Positions 49,201 through 60,930 of a stretch of DNA of 64,000 nucleotides are shown piece by piece. Under the pieces are notes generated by a model that did not search any database, had not been told where the DNA came from, and saw only the letters and a program-made list of their open reading frames with translations. Each line of letters opens with the position of its first letter. The stretch's first letter is position 1. Source of the DNA: Hydrolagus colliei (taxonomy: Eukaryota); the NCBI GenBank assembly GCA_035084275.1, contig CM068756.1, positions 5,828,001-5,892,000 on the forward strand. The letters are read 5' to 3'. Both the position numbers and the translations under genes were made by a program.

Positions 49201-52200
49201 CTTTGAATTTTGACAAATATTCTTCTTTTATTTCCAAATCCAACAACACATCAAATGAGGGGTAAATATCACACTCCTGTGTGCAGTCTGGTATCCTGCA
49301 TGGGACAAAGGATAGAAGCTAAACTACTTCACCATCTTTGCTACTTCTGTCCATTCCCTCCTTTATTTTGATTGCCTCTTGCTGTTGTTGATTTAATGAA
49401 CAAATCTTATTTCCTTTCTGATAAAAGGGAACCTATAACAAGAGGCCTGGAATAAATCTGTTATTCAATATCCTCTGCTCATTTGCACCAATGCACCGGT
49501 TACGATTAATATCTGTGCAATCTGCCTGCACTATCATGCTTCAGATATTAATCTTCAGTCACGAAGCAGCACAAAATATGAACACCACTCATTGAATAAC
49601 ATATAATTATCTTCAGTCAGAAAAGAAGTAGTTAGGGCTGCTACACAGAGGATATGTCTTCCGCTTCTAAGGAAAAGAGAAAAATAGCACAACTTGTATT
49701 GCTTAAATGTCTTCACTGATCCATTGTGCTTAAGTAAAAGCTCTTATTAAGGCATTAAATTCTGGTTGGTGTAAAGTTGCGTGTGAAGGTTGCTTTTGTT
49801 GCTGATTAGAATTTTCAGAACTACATTGTTAAAGTGTTATCTATCACATTTATTTTCCTACTCTTTAGTCACTGAGACCCAAATTTTATGTTGTATTGTT
49901 AATGTTAAGGAATAGTCAGATGTGTGCAAATAGTGTTTTTGTATGTGTGTGTGGGTGGAGGGGTGGTGGTGGTGGTGGGATGGATGATATCGGTTAAGTC
50001 TGTCCATGAAATGTCGAGCACAATTTCCCAAACTTCTTCTATCCTTCAAATCTCCAGTGAAAAGGGACCTCTGTTTAAACTTCTGAAAGGTATCGTTGAA
50101 TGCCTCTATAAAGAAATTTGGAGAACATTGTAGTTGGAAAGGTGCGTTGAACAATTAATACGTAATCCCAAAGCTAGAGTTATTGATCTGAACAAAGAGA
50201 AAACTGTCACAGTGTCACTACAGGGGTGATAGAAATGGATAATTCAGTGGGTTTCTGCCGGAGGCCTTTATATGTAAAGGCATCTGTGTATATTTGGAAG
50301 TGAGGATATTAGTATTTGGGAGTGAGGAAATATTTGCCCACAACTTATTACCCTGCCCGTATATTCATACAATACTCTGACTGTTAAATCAGCTTGAAGT
50401 GTTAGTAATGCCATAATGGAGGAGGGATAGCCACACAACTAGTGTGCTGTTTCCATTTGCTGCCAGAAACGTATCAAACCAAACTACCATGCAGACCCCG
50501 ATGCGACACACAGCATGGATTTCAAAAGGACTGTAGCCTTTCTTGAGAGAAATGTTAGTGCTAATTATGGGAGGGTGAATGGTCTTGTTTAACTATCAGC
50601 ATGGGACTCCCTCTGCTCTGTACTCTTGTGCCAAAATGCCAGTAGTAGCTTGAAAACATGCCAAAAATGACCCAATGATTGCAGTCCACATATTCATGCT
50701 CATATGCTAGTCATTCACTGTAAAAGACTGTGCTCCAATATGCAAAATTACTTACAATGTCACCATCAGGGATTTGAGCAGCAAATATAGAGTCAGACTC
50801 AATTCATAGTACAGGTATTATGGTGTGAAATTATGATATATTACATCCAAATATTAAGATTTTGCTTCCAGCTGAAGAAAACATGATTAAATATATATTT
50901 TTTACAAATTAATGCTGCAAATGAGATTTCATTCACAAGGCATTGCATTGAGCATCTTCCCTGACGTTAGTTTGTCTTCTTTGTCTTACATGGGTTTCTG
51001 TATTTTTCTTTTGTCTCAATCCTAATTTTATGATGTTTCTCTGGCTCTACTGCCTCATAACATTCTGCACATCACATCTGGATTAAATTGACTTAATGCA
51101 TTTATTGGCGTGAGTCTAGATGGATTGTTAAAGGTACTGCGTGATGTGTAACACTTATCATTGAAGATACTTGCTCATTGAATGCCAGACTTTGATCAAG
51201 ACATCAAAATTGCCATTATCTCTCTCAACACTGATGTGATTTTGTGGTTGGTAACCTGGATCTTTATTGGCCAAGCTTTCGACCCTTTTTTGTAATATGA
51301 ACAAAGGAATTTCAGGCCTAAATGCTGCATCATAACACCATTTGATCAAGAATGCAAACAATGATTAGAACGTGGTGTTTATTTGTTATCTGTAGAGATC
51401 AGCGATGCACAGAATTTTACTGTCAGGGATAAATAAACATAGTGTCATTTATTTCTGCTACCTTAAAAACACATCTAAAGAGGAAATCTGAAATAAGGAA
51501 TTATTTTTATTATTCCCACTATGAATTCCTGGAAGCCAGGCCAATTTACCTTCAGAAGAGCTCCTTCTCCTGCAGCAGTGTAAATGTTCCATTTCCCACT
51601 CCAACCTTGTGCCGGTGTCTAGTGAGAGAAAGAAACTGCCAACTTAGTGCCACGTTGTGGTTTTGTATAGTGGAGTCACATAATTTAAAAACGAAGCTGA
51701 AGATGTTCAACGTATTTCAGTCAGGATCATTAAAGCTGGCAGGGAAAGGGGATGTTCATCTCATCAGGCTGAGATATACATTCTGCAAGCCTAGTTTCTC
51801 AGATGAGAATTGCCAGCATTGTAGTTCATACTGCCAACCAGCTCCCAATTGCTAGATTTGCCCTTGATCTATCAAAATGCTAGCCATGTTGGGGTTGAAG
51901 GCCAATGTGGCAGGAACTATTTTGTCTAAGTGCCACTCTCTAGAAAGAACAGTTCCCCATTGCTCATTGTGATAGGATGTGGATCTGTGCACAGAATTCT
52001 CCATATGGTGATCTCCTGATTTAAATCGTTTCACTGTGGGCAGCTGCCAATAGAAACCAGGCTTTTCCCAGAAGGAAAGGGGAAGTACACAGGGAACAAC
52101 AGTTCCATTAAAGTTATACAACTAGAGTTTTAATAGAGCATTTTGACTTCATTTGTGGATACTGGATATAGTCTATCTCAGTAGGATTCCCTGGCTTTCT

Positions 52201-52887
52201 CTCACTGGACAACAGGGGAAGGGCAAAGTGCTGAGTCCAAGCTCTGCAAGCAAACCATGAACAGACCCAATAACTAGCTCAGCACCAGCTCTGCCATAGG
52301 TGAAAAGGAGTTGGCTACAATCAATGTTATTTTGTGAAGGGGCCAAAGAGAGGAAAGATCATACAATACAAACATGTCCAGAGGCTACAAGTAGTGTTGT
52401 AAGCACCACTAGTGTAACAATACAGTTAGTAACTGTGAATGCATACATCCAATCCCTTTGATGAGCTGTCAGGTGTTTGTACAACTGTCCTTGACAATGG
52501 ACCACTGATAGAGTTACACAGCTGGTCGAATGGTTCCTATTTGACCTTCTAATCAAACGAGTTAAGCAACATCAAATGCATCAGTGGAAATTTCTTTTGC
52601 AAAATAGTTAGGAATTCTGTTATTCAAATTTCAATTAATTTGAATACACTTTGTAACATACTGAGCACTCATTCCTCTTTACTATTACCAGGTAATATTT
52701 TGCCTTTGCTAATATATTATTTCACTGCCATGTGCACCACTGCATTGTACTGCTTCATTAGCTATGCATTTTGATAGTTTAAGCAAGTGGAATAAAGGTG
52801 TACTGCATTTAACTTATCCTCTCATTATATTGTCACTTATATTTCTGAAACCCCAAATCCGCTCAATGAATCTTTATTCATTTTGTT

Positions 52888-53082
52888 ATAATATAATCCT
52901 TGCATTTGATACAGCAACTATAATGTCAAAACATCTCAAAGCTCTTTGCAGGTTAATTACTGTCAAGTGTAGTGACTATTTGTGAGCAACTGCGACAGAC
53001 AATGTGCAGACAGCGAGGCCCCACAAACAGCTAGGAGGTAACTGACTGATTTATCTGGAAGAATGTTGGACTTAGATACTGG
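52888..53082 (-). mobile_element. Deu-domain SINE 3' part
   Basis: ataatccttgcatttgatacagc...acatctcaaagctcttt...aagtgtagtgact...ccccacaaacagc...gaatgttggac. Confidence 0.75.
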
Positions 53083-53146
53083 TCCTACTACTAGGGTCAA
53101 GTTGACACCCAATGCTGCTTGTTGGAGTGACAGTGGAGTTGGAGCA

Positions 53147-53210
53147 GGGGTGGGGGGAGTGGGGTGTGGGGGGTGGGAGGGGGGTTGGGGAGGTGCGGGG
53201 TGCTGGGAGG
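53147..53210 (+). repeat. G-rich tract with G-quadruplex potential
   Basis: Nine runs of three or more G separated by short loops. Confidence 0.75.
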
Positions 53211-55178
53211 TTTTATTTATCTCCATGTTTTTAACATCGTTTCTTTGACACATCATCCATCATAAGTGTTTAAAGTTCATTCTCAATGAGACCCAAATCG
53301 CCACAAAACTGTAGTTAATGAATCAGTGACATCTTATTTTTCACTGAGTTTATTGCTGAACAATCACCTTCAGTGTTTCTTGACTGAATCTGCATCCTGT
53401 TGGAGCGAGCCCCCTGGCTTTGTTAGTTCCCACCTGTTGCCACCTTTTTAATCTGCAAAAGACAACAGGATCCGTTGCTCCGCTACATACTGAGATTAAA
53501 ATAACTTTAACAATTAAATCAAAGCAGGTGCCTCCAGAAATGTATGCTAACAGTCTTTATTCCCCGGCTGCCACAAAACTGTTCATTGCATTTTCATTCG
53601 CTTTATCTCAGTCCAGGTAATGGAACGAGGCTGATGTGCATCGATAGGATTTCTGTTTACCATTTATTTCTTGTTTTTTTTTGCTGCAATATATGAATTG
53701 TGCAGCCAAACAGAAAAAAATCACCGTCTTCTTAACTGTAATGAATATTGTATAAAATGGTTAAAAAAATCTGAGAACGAGGGAGATATGAATATGACAT
53801 AGATCTGGGTGATTGCCAGATATGGTCTATCTTACCCTTCCTCCTCATCTGCCTGTCACTTATAAACAACAGGTTTGGGATTTGTGTCCCTTGGCTGCTA
53901 AATAAATTAGTTTTTTTCACAAAAAAAATTCACAAAAAAATCTAGCTTATTTATTTGTTCCTTGAACACATAGTGAGGATGTTACTGGGGTTCAGGTTAA
54001 TATTTGTTCCACTTAGTGCTTTCTGAGCAAAATACGTGAATTGTTTTACTTGGGGAAAACCACAATGACAGCTGTTGTTCATTAAAGACACTGCAAGCAA
54101 AGTTCCTTTAGGAAACGGTTCTGCTTACGATGCTTCAAAATCCAGATGGGAAAAGAACATATCTATTACTATTTCTTCTAATTAAGAACAGCAATTTTGT
54201 GTTAACATTTAGTCATAAAAATTACCATAAAACAATACTTTCCTTCCCCCCCACCCCCACCTACCCACCCGCACAAACATACACACACTTTGCATACACA
54301 GATTTTGCATGGAATGATGCACAGAGAGAGAAAAATAAATTATAGAAATATCAACGATATAGGTTGAGATGTCCTCCATAATATATCAGCCACACTCAAA
54401 AAAAATTGGTGTTGTTATATTGGAAGATTTCTGAGTGTTTAGCATATGAAATAAGGAGGGTAGGATTTCACAACAGAACATCAACATTTCACATTTTGAT
54501 CAAACTAGATGAATTCCCCAACTCAGGTGATTTAGCGGAGTGGAAAAAAAGATTAAAACACTCATGGTTTTGCTTCAGATCTCAATTGGGAACAGTAAAT
54601 GTTACAGGGAATTGCTTCCATTTGCTTTTGCTCCTTGCCAATCACATAACAAGTTCCATTGAAAATCACATCTAATTTTATTGTTAGGAATAATATTTGA
54701 ACAAGCCAGGTCTAAAAAAAACCCCACATTTCATATGCATTTTATATCAAATTTTCTATTGTTTGTTCTTTTGAAACAACAACTTCGGTGCTTTGAACAA
54801 CCTGAAATCAGCATTTTATTTTTGCTAGTTTTGTTTGTGTGATCCTAGTTTTTACATGTTTTATAAGAAAGGAAAATAGAACCCCATTCATAATCCCCAA
54901 AAATGTAACGAATGACTAAAAACAAAATGATTAAATAGGTAAACAAAATTGACCCCAAATGGGGAAAGTGTTAGTGAGCTGGGTCAATGTGTGGTACTGA
55001 TGCGACATTTATGTTCATTTATGAAACTGACAGATGTTTGGGGAATAAGGCGTCCACACATAACATCAAATGCTCCAAGGGCAATTGCAGCATGGGTCAA
55101 ATGTAATGGTTGAGCACCTCTTAAATCTGTCTTAAAAAAATGTCCTAAAAGACGTGCATCAATACCAACCTTAGAAGA

Positions 55179-55192
55179 GTGCCCTCTACTGC
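55179..55192 (-). promoter_or_regulatory. Candidate CTCF core motif
   Basis: Reverse complement GCAGTAGAGGGCAC versus consensus CCASYAGRKGGCRS (1 mismatch); motif match only. Confidence 0.25.
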
Positions 55193-55844
55193 AGCAGTGG
55201 GATATTTACATTTCCCATACCAATCAACACCTCATGCATGGGTTTTCTAATGCTCATATTGGTGGACAATGATTAACTGCACTTCTGTACTAAAATAGCA
55301 CCACAAAACTGGCATTATGGACTTGATCTCACTGTCTTACTCGTACGAGCCAAGACTCACACAAGTGATGGTTTCAACAGACACTAACAACAGCCGACAC
55401 AGGCACCAATGCAGGACCACAGAATCTCTTGCACATTGGTGCTTCGTGCCTTGAGGAAGCCACATGCAGAAAAATCTTTGGTGTTGTTTTTACTCATTCA
55501 TGGAAAAATAACTTTATCTTCGGTTATGATTTAATACACATATATCCAATACAAATCATTTGTATACATTTTATTGTTTTTAAGTCAACTAACTGTAAAT
55601 AACCATGCTTGTTTGTAGGTGCAGAGGTGCTCGGTGAGTTAAAGTATGCAAAGAGGATAAAGCAGCATAAATGGATGTTTCATTTCAGTGATTGACCAGG
55701 TGCTAACAGGTACTGGAGCATTAGATCAATATGACAGGGCCTACCCATTGATTTGGTATGAAGTGCCATGACTTTATTGGTTCCCAAGTAGCTTGAATAG
55801 ATCATACAATTAAGAGATAGTCTATGATTCTATAAATAAAGATT

Positions 55845-55952
55845 AGTAAGGATATGGGGAAAGAATGGGGGAGTGGGACTGATTGGGTAGCTCTTCCAAA
55901 AATCCAGCACAAAGCACGATAGGCTGAATGGCCTCCTATTCATATGATTCTA
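55845..55952 (+). mobile_element. CR1 3' UTR fragment
   Basis: ggatatggggaaagaatgggggagtgggactgattgggtagctcttccaaaaatccagcac...cacgataggctgaatggcctcct...tatgattcta. Confidence 0.75.
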
Positions 55953-57199
55953 GGAGTGAAAGATGAAAGAAAGTTGGATTTTAGTAGCTTGTTTTCTCGA
56001 CCTTAAACTATTTACAATTAAATCCTTGGCAATGTCTCGCTTTAGCCAGTATTGTTCATAGTCTGTATCCTATTAGTCATGTGTTGCAATATATATCTGC
56101 CCCAAAACACAGTAAGAAAATAATGCTTGCAACACCCGTGCATCCAAATCCAAGATAATGACTTCACTAGGGAAAGAGATCATTCTAGTTTGAAGGCTAA
56201 TGTATTAAAGAATGTAAACCTGTTGAAGTGAAGGTAGATATTGTTCTTACACTGTCTGTTTTAAATGCATACCTAGTGTAGTCAGGAATGTAGGTATAAG
56301 CTAGTATCTGGGGATGTTTTCTGGCTGTACAGATTTCTAGACTTGCTTCATGTTCTTGCTAAAACTTACATTATTACAAATAGTCATATTCATCTCGAGG
56401 GTACAATCCCTTTTCAATAATCTACAGAAAATAAAATAATTTCAATGGGGAATACAGCTCAATCTAACCCTCACAAGCAGGAATCTTGTGTGTTATGGAC
56501 TCAAAAGGCATGATATTTCACATTTCCCGCTATCCTTCTCTAAACAAATCTAACTACCTGATCAGTCAGTTCACCATTATACATCCTGCCCCTCTATCCT
56601 ACCTTTTAAAGTCCAATGAATGGTGCGAAATGTTCCTTTCTGAAGTGCTGCATGGTTACTAATTTGTTACCAAGATTTCTTATCAAGAATATTTCCTCTC
56701 TCTAGAAACATTTAGTAGATTGAGTAGCTGCTCACAGCGTTTTTTTTCTTTTATCTTTTCTCTCAACCTTATTGTCATTTTTATGTAGCCACGAGCTATA
56801 CTATTAAGAACAAGTGCTTTGTTGTGTCTTTAGTTCCATCTATGAATTTTTCACAGTCCCAGTTTCATGATACATTCTCACTGTAAGCAATAATCTGTCA
56901 TGTTACCCATGATGTTGTTGGGTGGAAAGATTCTACACTGATGAAGACTATATCAGTAATTGAAAATGAAGGCATGACACAATACTCAAGTCTGGACTGC
57001 AGAGAGATGGAAAAGTTGTTGAAAGCGCAAGCCATACTGAAGATTAAAAGTGTTCACATTCTCATTTGAACACTTATTTTATGTTGTTGCACAGTGAAGC
57101 CAGGTCTGGCTAGTTGAAAATAGTAAAGATTTTGCATATACTGTACACTGCTGCCTTTCATTTTATCCACAATTTTCTTCCCCTGTTCACAAGTCAATG

Positions 57200-57320
57200 A
57201 TTCATACTGGCACTAGGAGCCCTCCAGTAACACAAGCTCACTTAAATGGCCATTCTTCATGTGTGAGCCAAGACAGTGAGTATCCATAGGATACTTGATT
57301 GTGGGGGGTGCAACAATACC
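57200..57320 (-). mobile_element. LF-SINE-like fragment (3' half)
   Basis: Reverse complement actcactgtcttggctcacacatgaagaatggccatttaagtgag...tactggagggct, a recalled LF-SINE core motif; similar to 9180-9280. Confidence 0.65.
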
Positions 57321-57504
57321 TATTTCTCTGCCTGCTCCATAGCCACTGCACATGTACCTAATCTATTGGGTGGGAGTGGGTGGGGGGGGGGGGGAGGAGA
57401 GAAGGTGGGGGAATGCCAAAACATCAGATTTAACTTTCCTATTGCTGGGAACTGAGACCAGTTACAGTATTCCCAACAGAGATCAGATAACAGCACTGGC
57501 AAGG

Positions 57505-57657
57505 AACGAACATTCTTTCTGCCTAAAGACCTACCTTTTTGATTGTGCTTACAGTCCCCCTCCCACTCCCTCTCTCCCTGGCTCATTGTCAGACTCTGCC
57601 ACTTTGAAGCGCTCTGGGTCGCTATCCTGCGTGTAGGGCGCAATATAAATGTAAGTT
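57505..57657 (+). mobile_element. Short L2 3' fragment (second tail variant)
   Basis: ctaaagacctacctttttgattgtgct (LKTYLFDCA), then aagcgctctgggtcgctatcctgcgtgtagggcgcaatataaatgtaagtt. Confidence 0.75.
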
Positions 57658-58248
57658 CATCACATCCAGGCTTGACCACACCAACGCCTTGCTTGTCGGC
57701 CTTCCAAACAACTCCTTCCATAGGCTGCAGATAATCCCGTGGCTCCTGTCCTCTACAGCCCGTGACCTCTAGCGCTTCAACCTCCGTGACCCCGTCTCCA
57801 TTTTCGCCCAACCATTGACTCCACATCACCCAGTGGATTCAATTCAAGGTCCTGGTCCATATTTTCAAAGCCCTTCGGGGCCTTGCCCCACCCTACCTCT
57901 GCGACCTCCTAACCTGTCTGCTCCCTCTGCTCAGCAGGCTCTGGCCTGCTCCATGTCCCCTGACCCACCTGCCCCACCATCAGCCGGAGAGGCCTTCATC
58001 CACTGCGCCTCCAACCTCTGGAATTCCATCCTGCAGTCCCTTCACCTCGCCCCCTCCCTAGCCTCCTTCAAGTCTTGCCTCAAGACCCTCCTCTTCGACA
58101 GTTCCATCGGTCACCTTAAATCCCCTCCTTTCCCTCCACGCTCCCCGTTCTCAACCCCAGCTCGGGTCTGAAACATTGACTGTCCAGCACCTTAGGATGT
58201 CCTCCTAATGTGAAATGCGCGATACAAGTGTAATTTTGTTGTTGTTGT
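57658..58248 (+). mobile_element. Degraded 5'-truncated L2 LINE
   Basis: Collinear with about 4389-4993 (catcacatccaggcttgac...ttcaaggtcctggtcc...ctctggaattccatc...ctcaagaccctcctcttcgac...gttgttgttgt); frameshifted. Confidence 0.9.
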
Positions 58249-58769
58249 GAATTGCAGATTTTCATAGGAAACCTTCTGGGACCACACCCAATTTACATCA
58301 TAAAATGTACAACATAAAAATGACAGTTGTCCCCCACAGTAAACAGTCAACGATTCCTCAAAAATTCCCCAAAATAATGCTGTAGTCAGCTCCACTGACA
58401 GTAACTGTTTAAAAGGTGCTCAATTCCATTTGTTGGTTTCACGTGAAAAATGTTCACAGATTCTCCATGTGAAAATACCATCTTTTTTATACTTTTTTTA
58501 AGTGTCAAACTGAATCATGGAAAAAGATTCCATGCAGAAAGAGGTTTCAATTGTTTTACTGAATAAGAGCACTGGTACTGGAGTTAAATTATGAAACTCA
58601 ATGACACTGCTACTTATATCCTTACTCCTGGAGATCTAAATCAAGATATGTGCTATGACAAGCTCTGCACAGCATATGTTTACACTGCGAGAGTGAGTAG
58701 TACATAACAAGTTTATAAGAAAGGTTTCTAAGAAAGGTTAAAATAGTAAAAAAAAATAGAAAAAAATAA

Positions 58770-58983
58770 TAAATAATAAATTGGTTATTTCAATCCATGA
58801 CTCTTTGCGGGACACTGCTATGTGCAATTAGCTGCCACGTTTCACCCATAAAATATGCAGTCAATTTACTTTACAGTTTATTCTGTGAAGCGCTTTGAGA
58901 TGTCTAGAACAACAACAAAATTAAATTTCTAGAGGGCCTTTTGCGTCAAGAGGACGTCCCAAGACGTGATAAATGCTACTATT
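58770..58983 (+). mobile_element. Deu-domain SINE 3' part, tail interrupted
   Basis: Collinear with 28945-29105; split between gatgtctaga and agacgtga. Confidence 0.85.
58908..58962 (-). mobile_element. L2 3' tail inserted antisense into the SINE tail
   Basis: aacaacaacaaaattaaatttctagagggccttttgcgtcaagaggacgtcccaa is the reverse complement of the L2 tail. Confidence 0.8.
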
Positions 58984-59114
58984 CAACGGACAAGGCTAGC
59001 TGGTTTCATCCTTTCAGAATACCAGACCCACACTTCAGTTTATAACATAGAAGAGTTATAATGGCATCCAAAGTTCTTGCCTCTGCCACTGACTCACCTC
59101 TCAGGCCTCCAAAA

Positions 59115-59739
59115 CCTTCATAGATGCCTTCAGTACAACCAGGCTCAACAATGCTACCGCCCTGCTTGTTGGCCTTCCCTCCAAAAGCTGCAGATCATCC
59201 AGAATGTGGCAGCTCATGTCCTCTCCCTCACTAGGCTCCATGACCTGGTCACATCCACGCTTGCCTGGCTCCACTGGCTACCCGTCCCTCAGAGGATCAA
59301 GTTCAAAATCCTTGTCCTCATGTTCAAGGACCTCCATGGCCTTACCCCCAACTACCTCTATGACCTGCTCACCCCTTATCAACTCATCTACCCCTCCACT
59401 CAGCATGCTCCGGCCTACCCATGTGCCCATCCGACCTGCCCCACCATCGGCAGGGGCAGGTCGGACCGGCGCATGGGTAGGCCAGAGCCTCTCTCCCCCA
59501 TCACCTTCTGGAACTGCATTCCACATTCCCTTCATTTAGCCCCTCCTTTGGCTCCTTTAAGGCATGACTCAAGACCCTCCTTTTCATCTGTGCCCTTTGG
59601 CCATCCTCCTACCCTCTCTGCCCTCCATCCTCACTGATCCATCCCTCCCACTCAGGTCCTAATCCCTGAGTATTCAGTGCTCTTGTACATCCTCCCAATA
59701 TGAAAGGCACTTTACAAATGTTATTTTGTATTGTATTGT
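59115..59739 (+). mobile_element. Degraded 5'-truncated L2 LINE
   Basis: ORF 59077-59637 includes KLQIIQNVAAHVLS...LAWLHWLPVPQRIKFKILVLMFKDLHGLTPNYL; tail tgtgaaaggcactttacaaatgttattttgtattgtattgt. Confidence 0.92.
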
Positions 59740-60809
59740 CAACCACCTGTCCTAGCAAAATTTGTTTTGTCTGTTGACCAGTATATTACCTCTGTGCTAT
59801 TGCCTAGTTTTACTTCATTATTTGGTGGGAGTCGCACTAATTCTCTTGGATGATTTTAACCCTTTTCTGGATGGTTCTTTACACATCACTGCTCACAGAC
59901 GTCTGCCAATTCCATCCCCGAGGCTGTTTGCTACCAGCTGGGATAATCCTCCCTCTGAATCCCTCTACTTTGGTGCAAGAACGTTCAACGGTTTGCATTG
60001 AGCATCTTGCTGGGGTAAGCTTACAGTCAGCAACATTGCATGTATGAGCTCAGTGCCAACCCATGAGGCACTATGTATCAATGCTCTAATACCTGATATA
60101 GCTCCACTGCCTGGATTTCAAGGGGTATCATCTTTTTTCCTCAGCTTACCTTTGTTCTGTCAATTTGATATTGCATCGCGATCTGTAATGCTGATATCAC
60201 ACACACACAATATAACTTGGCTTTCCACAAAACAGCTAAGAATAAATGAACAGCCAAGATTAAATCAAACATCAGCTTGGACCAAAATTGCACTGTAAAC
60301 TTGTGAAATAAGCCAAATGCTTGATGAGAATATTTTATTGCATACATTATATCCAGATGGAACCCTTTATAACTTTCGAGCTGTGTTATTTGGTTTCCTA
60401 CATCTGGGTGATATAACCGATTTATTCCACTAATACTGAGGTTATTGGCAGCCGCGGAATGCAGTGCTCCACTAATCCATTCAGAGCTATGGAAGCACAA
60501 AACCGTGGGCTGCCTCATCCATAGGAACTGCCGACTGAGGTTAGTTCTAGCAAATAAATTCATGTTTCCCTGACAACCAGCATATATATCAACGTTGAGG
60601 TGCGGTAACCACATTTTAAAATTCAGAGAAAATGACCTTTTGTTCTTTTTGGCATTTTTTTTACAAAAAGTGTGTTGGACCAGGATTGGTGGATATCTTC
60701 CTTGTTCTGTGCGTGAGAAAAGCCTACACATTCCAGGGGTTCTCGTGAATTAAGAGTCTCTCATTCTTGTGAAATAAAGCTTTATTTGCTGCTAAACTTC
60801 AACAATAAT

Positions 60810-60930
60810 TTTTCACACACAAAATACAGTCACTACACTTTACAGTATTTCCTGTGAAGCACTTTGAAATGTTTCAATGATGTGATGAGCTGCGATAACA
60901 AACGCAATAGTTATTTTTATATTATTAGTT
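60810..60930 (+). mobile_element. SINE 3' tail fragment
   Basis: aaaatacagtcactacactttacagtatttcctgtgaagcactttgaaatgtttc...tgtgatgagctgcgataacaaacgcaa. Confidence 0.65.

Noticed and set aside
60141-60731. 196-aa minus-strand ORF, the longest outside the L2 elements
   Set aside because: No recognisable motif, random-looking composition and no supporting splice structure.
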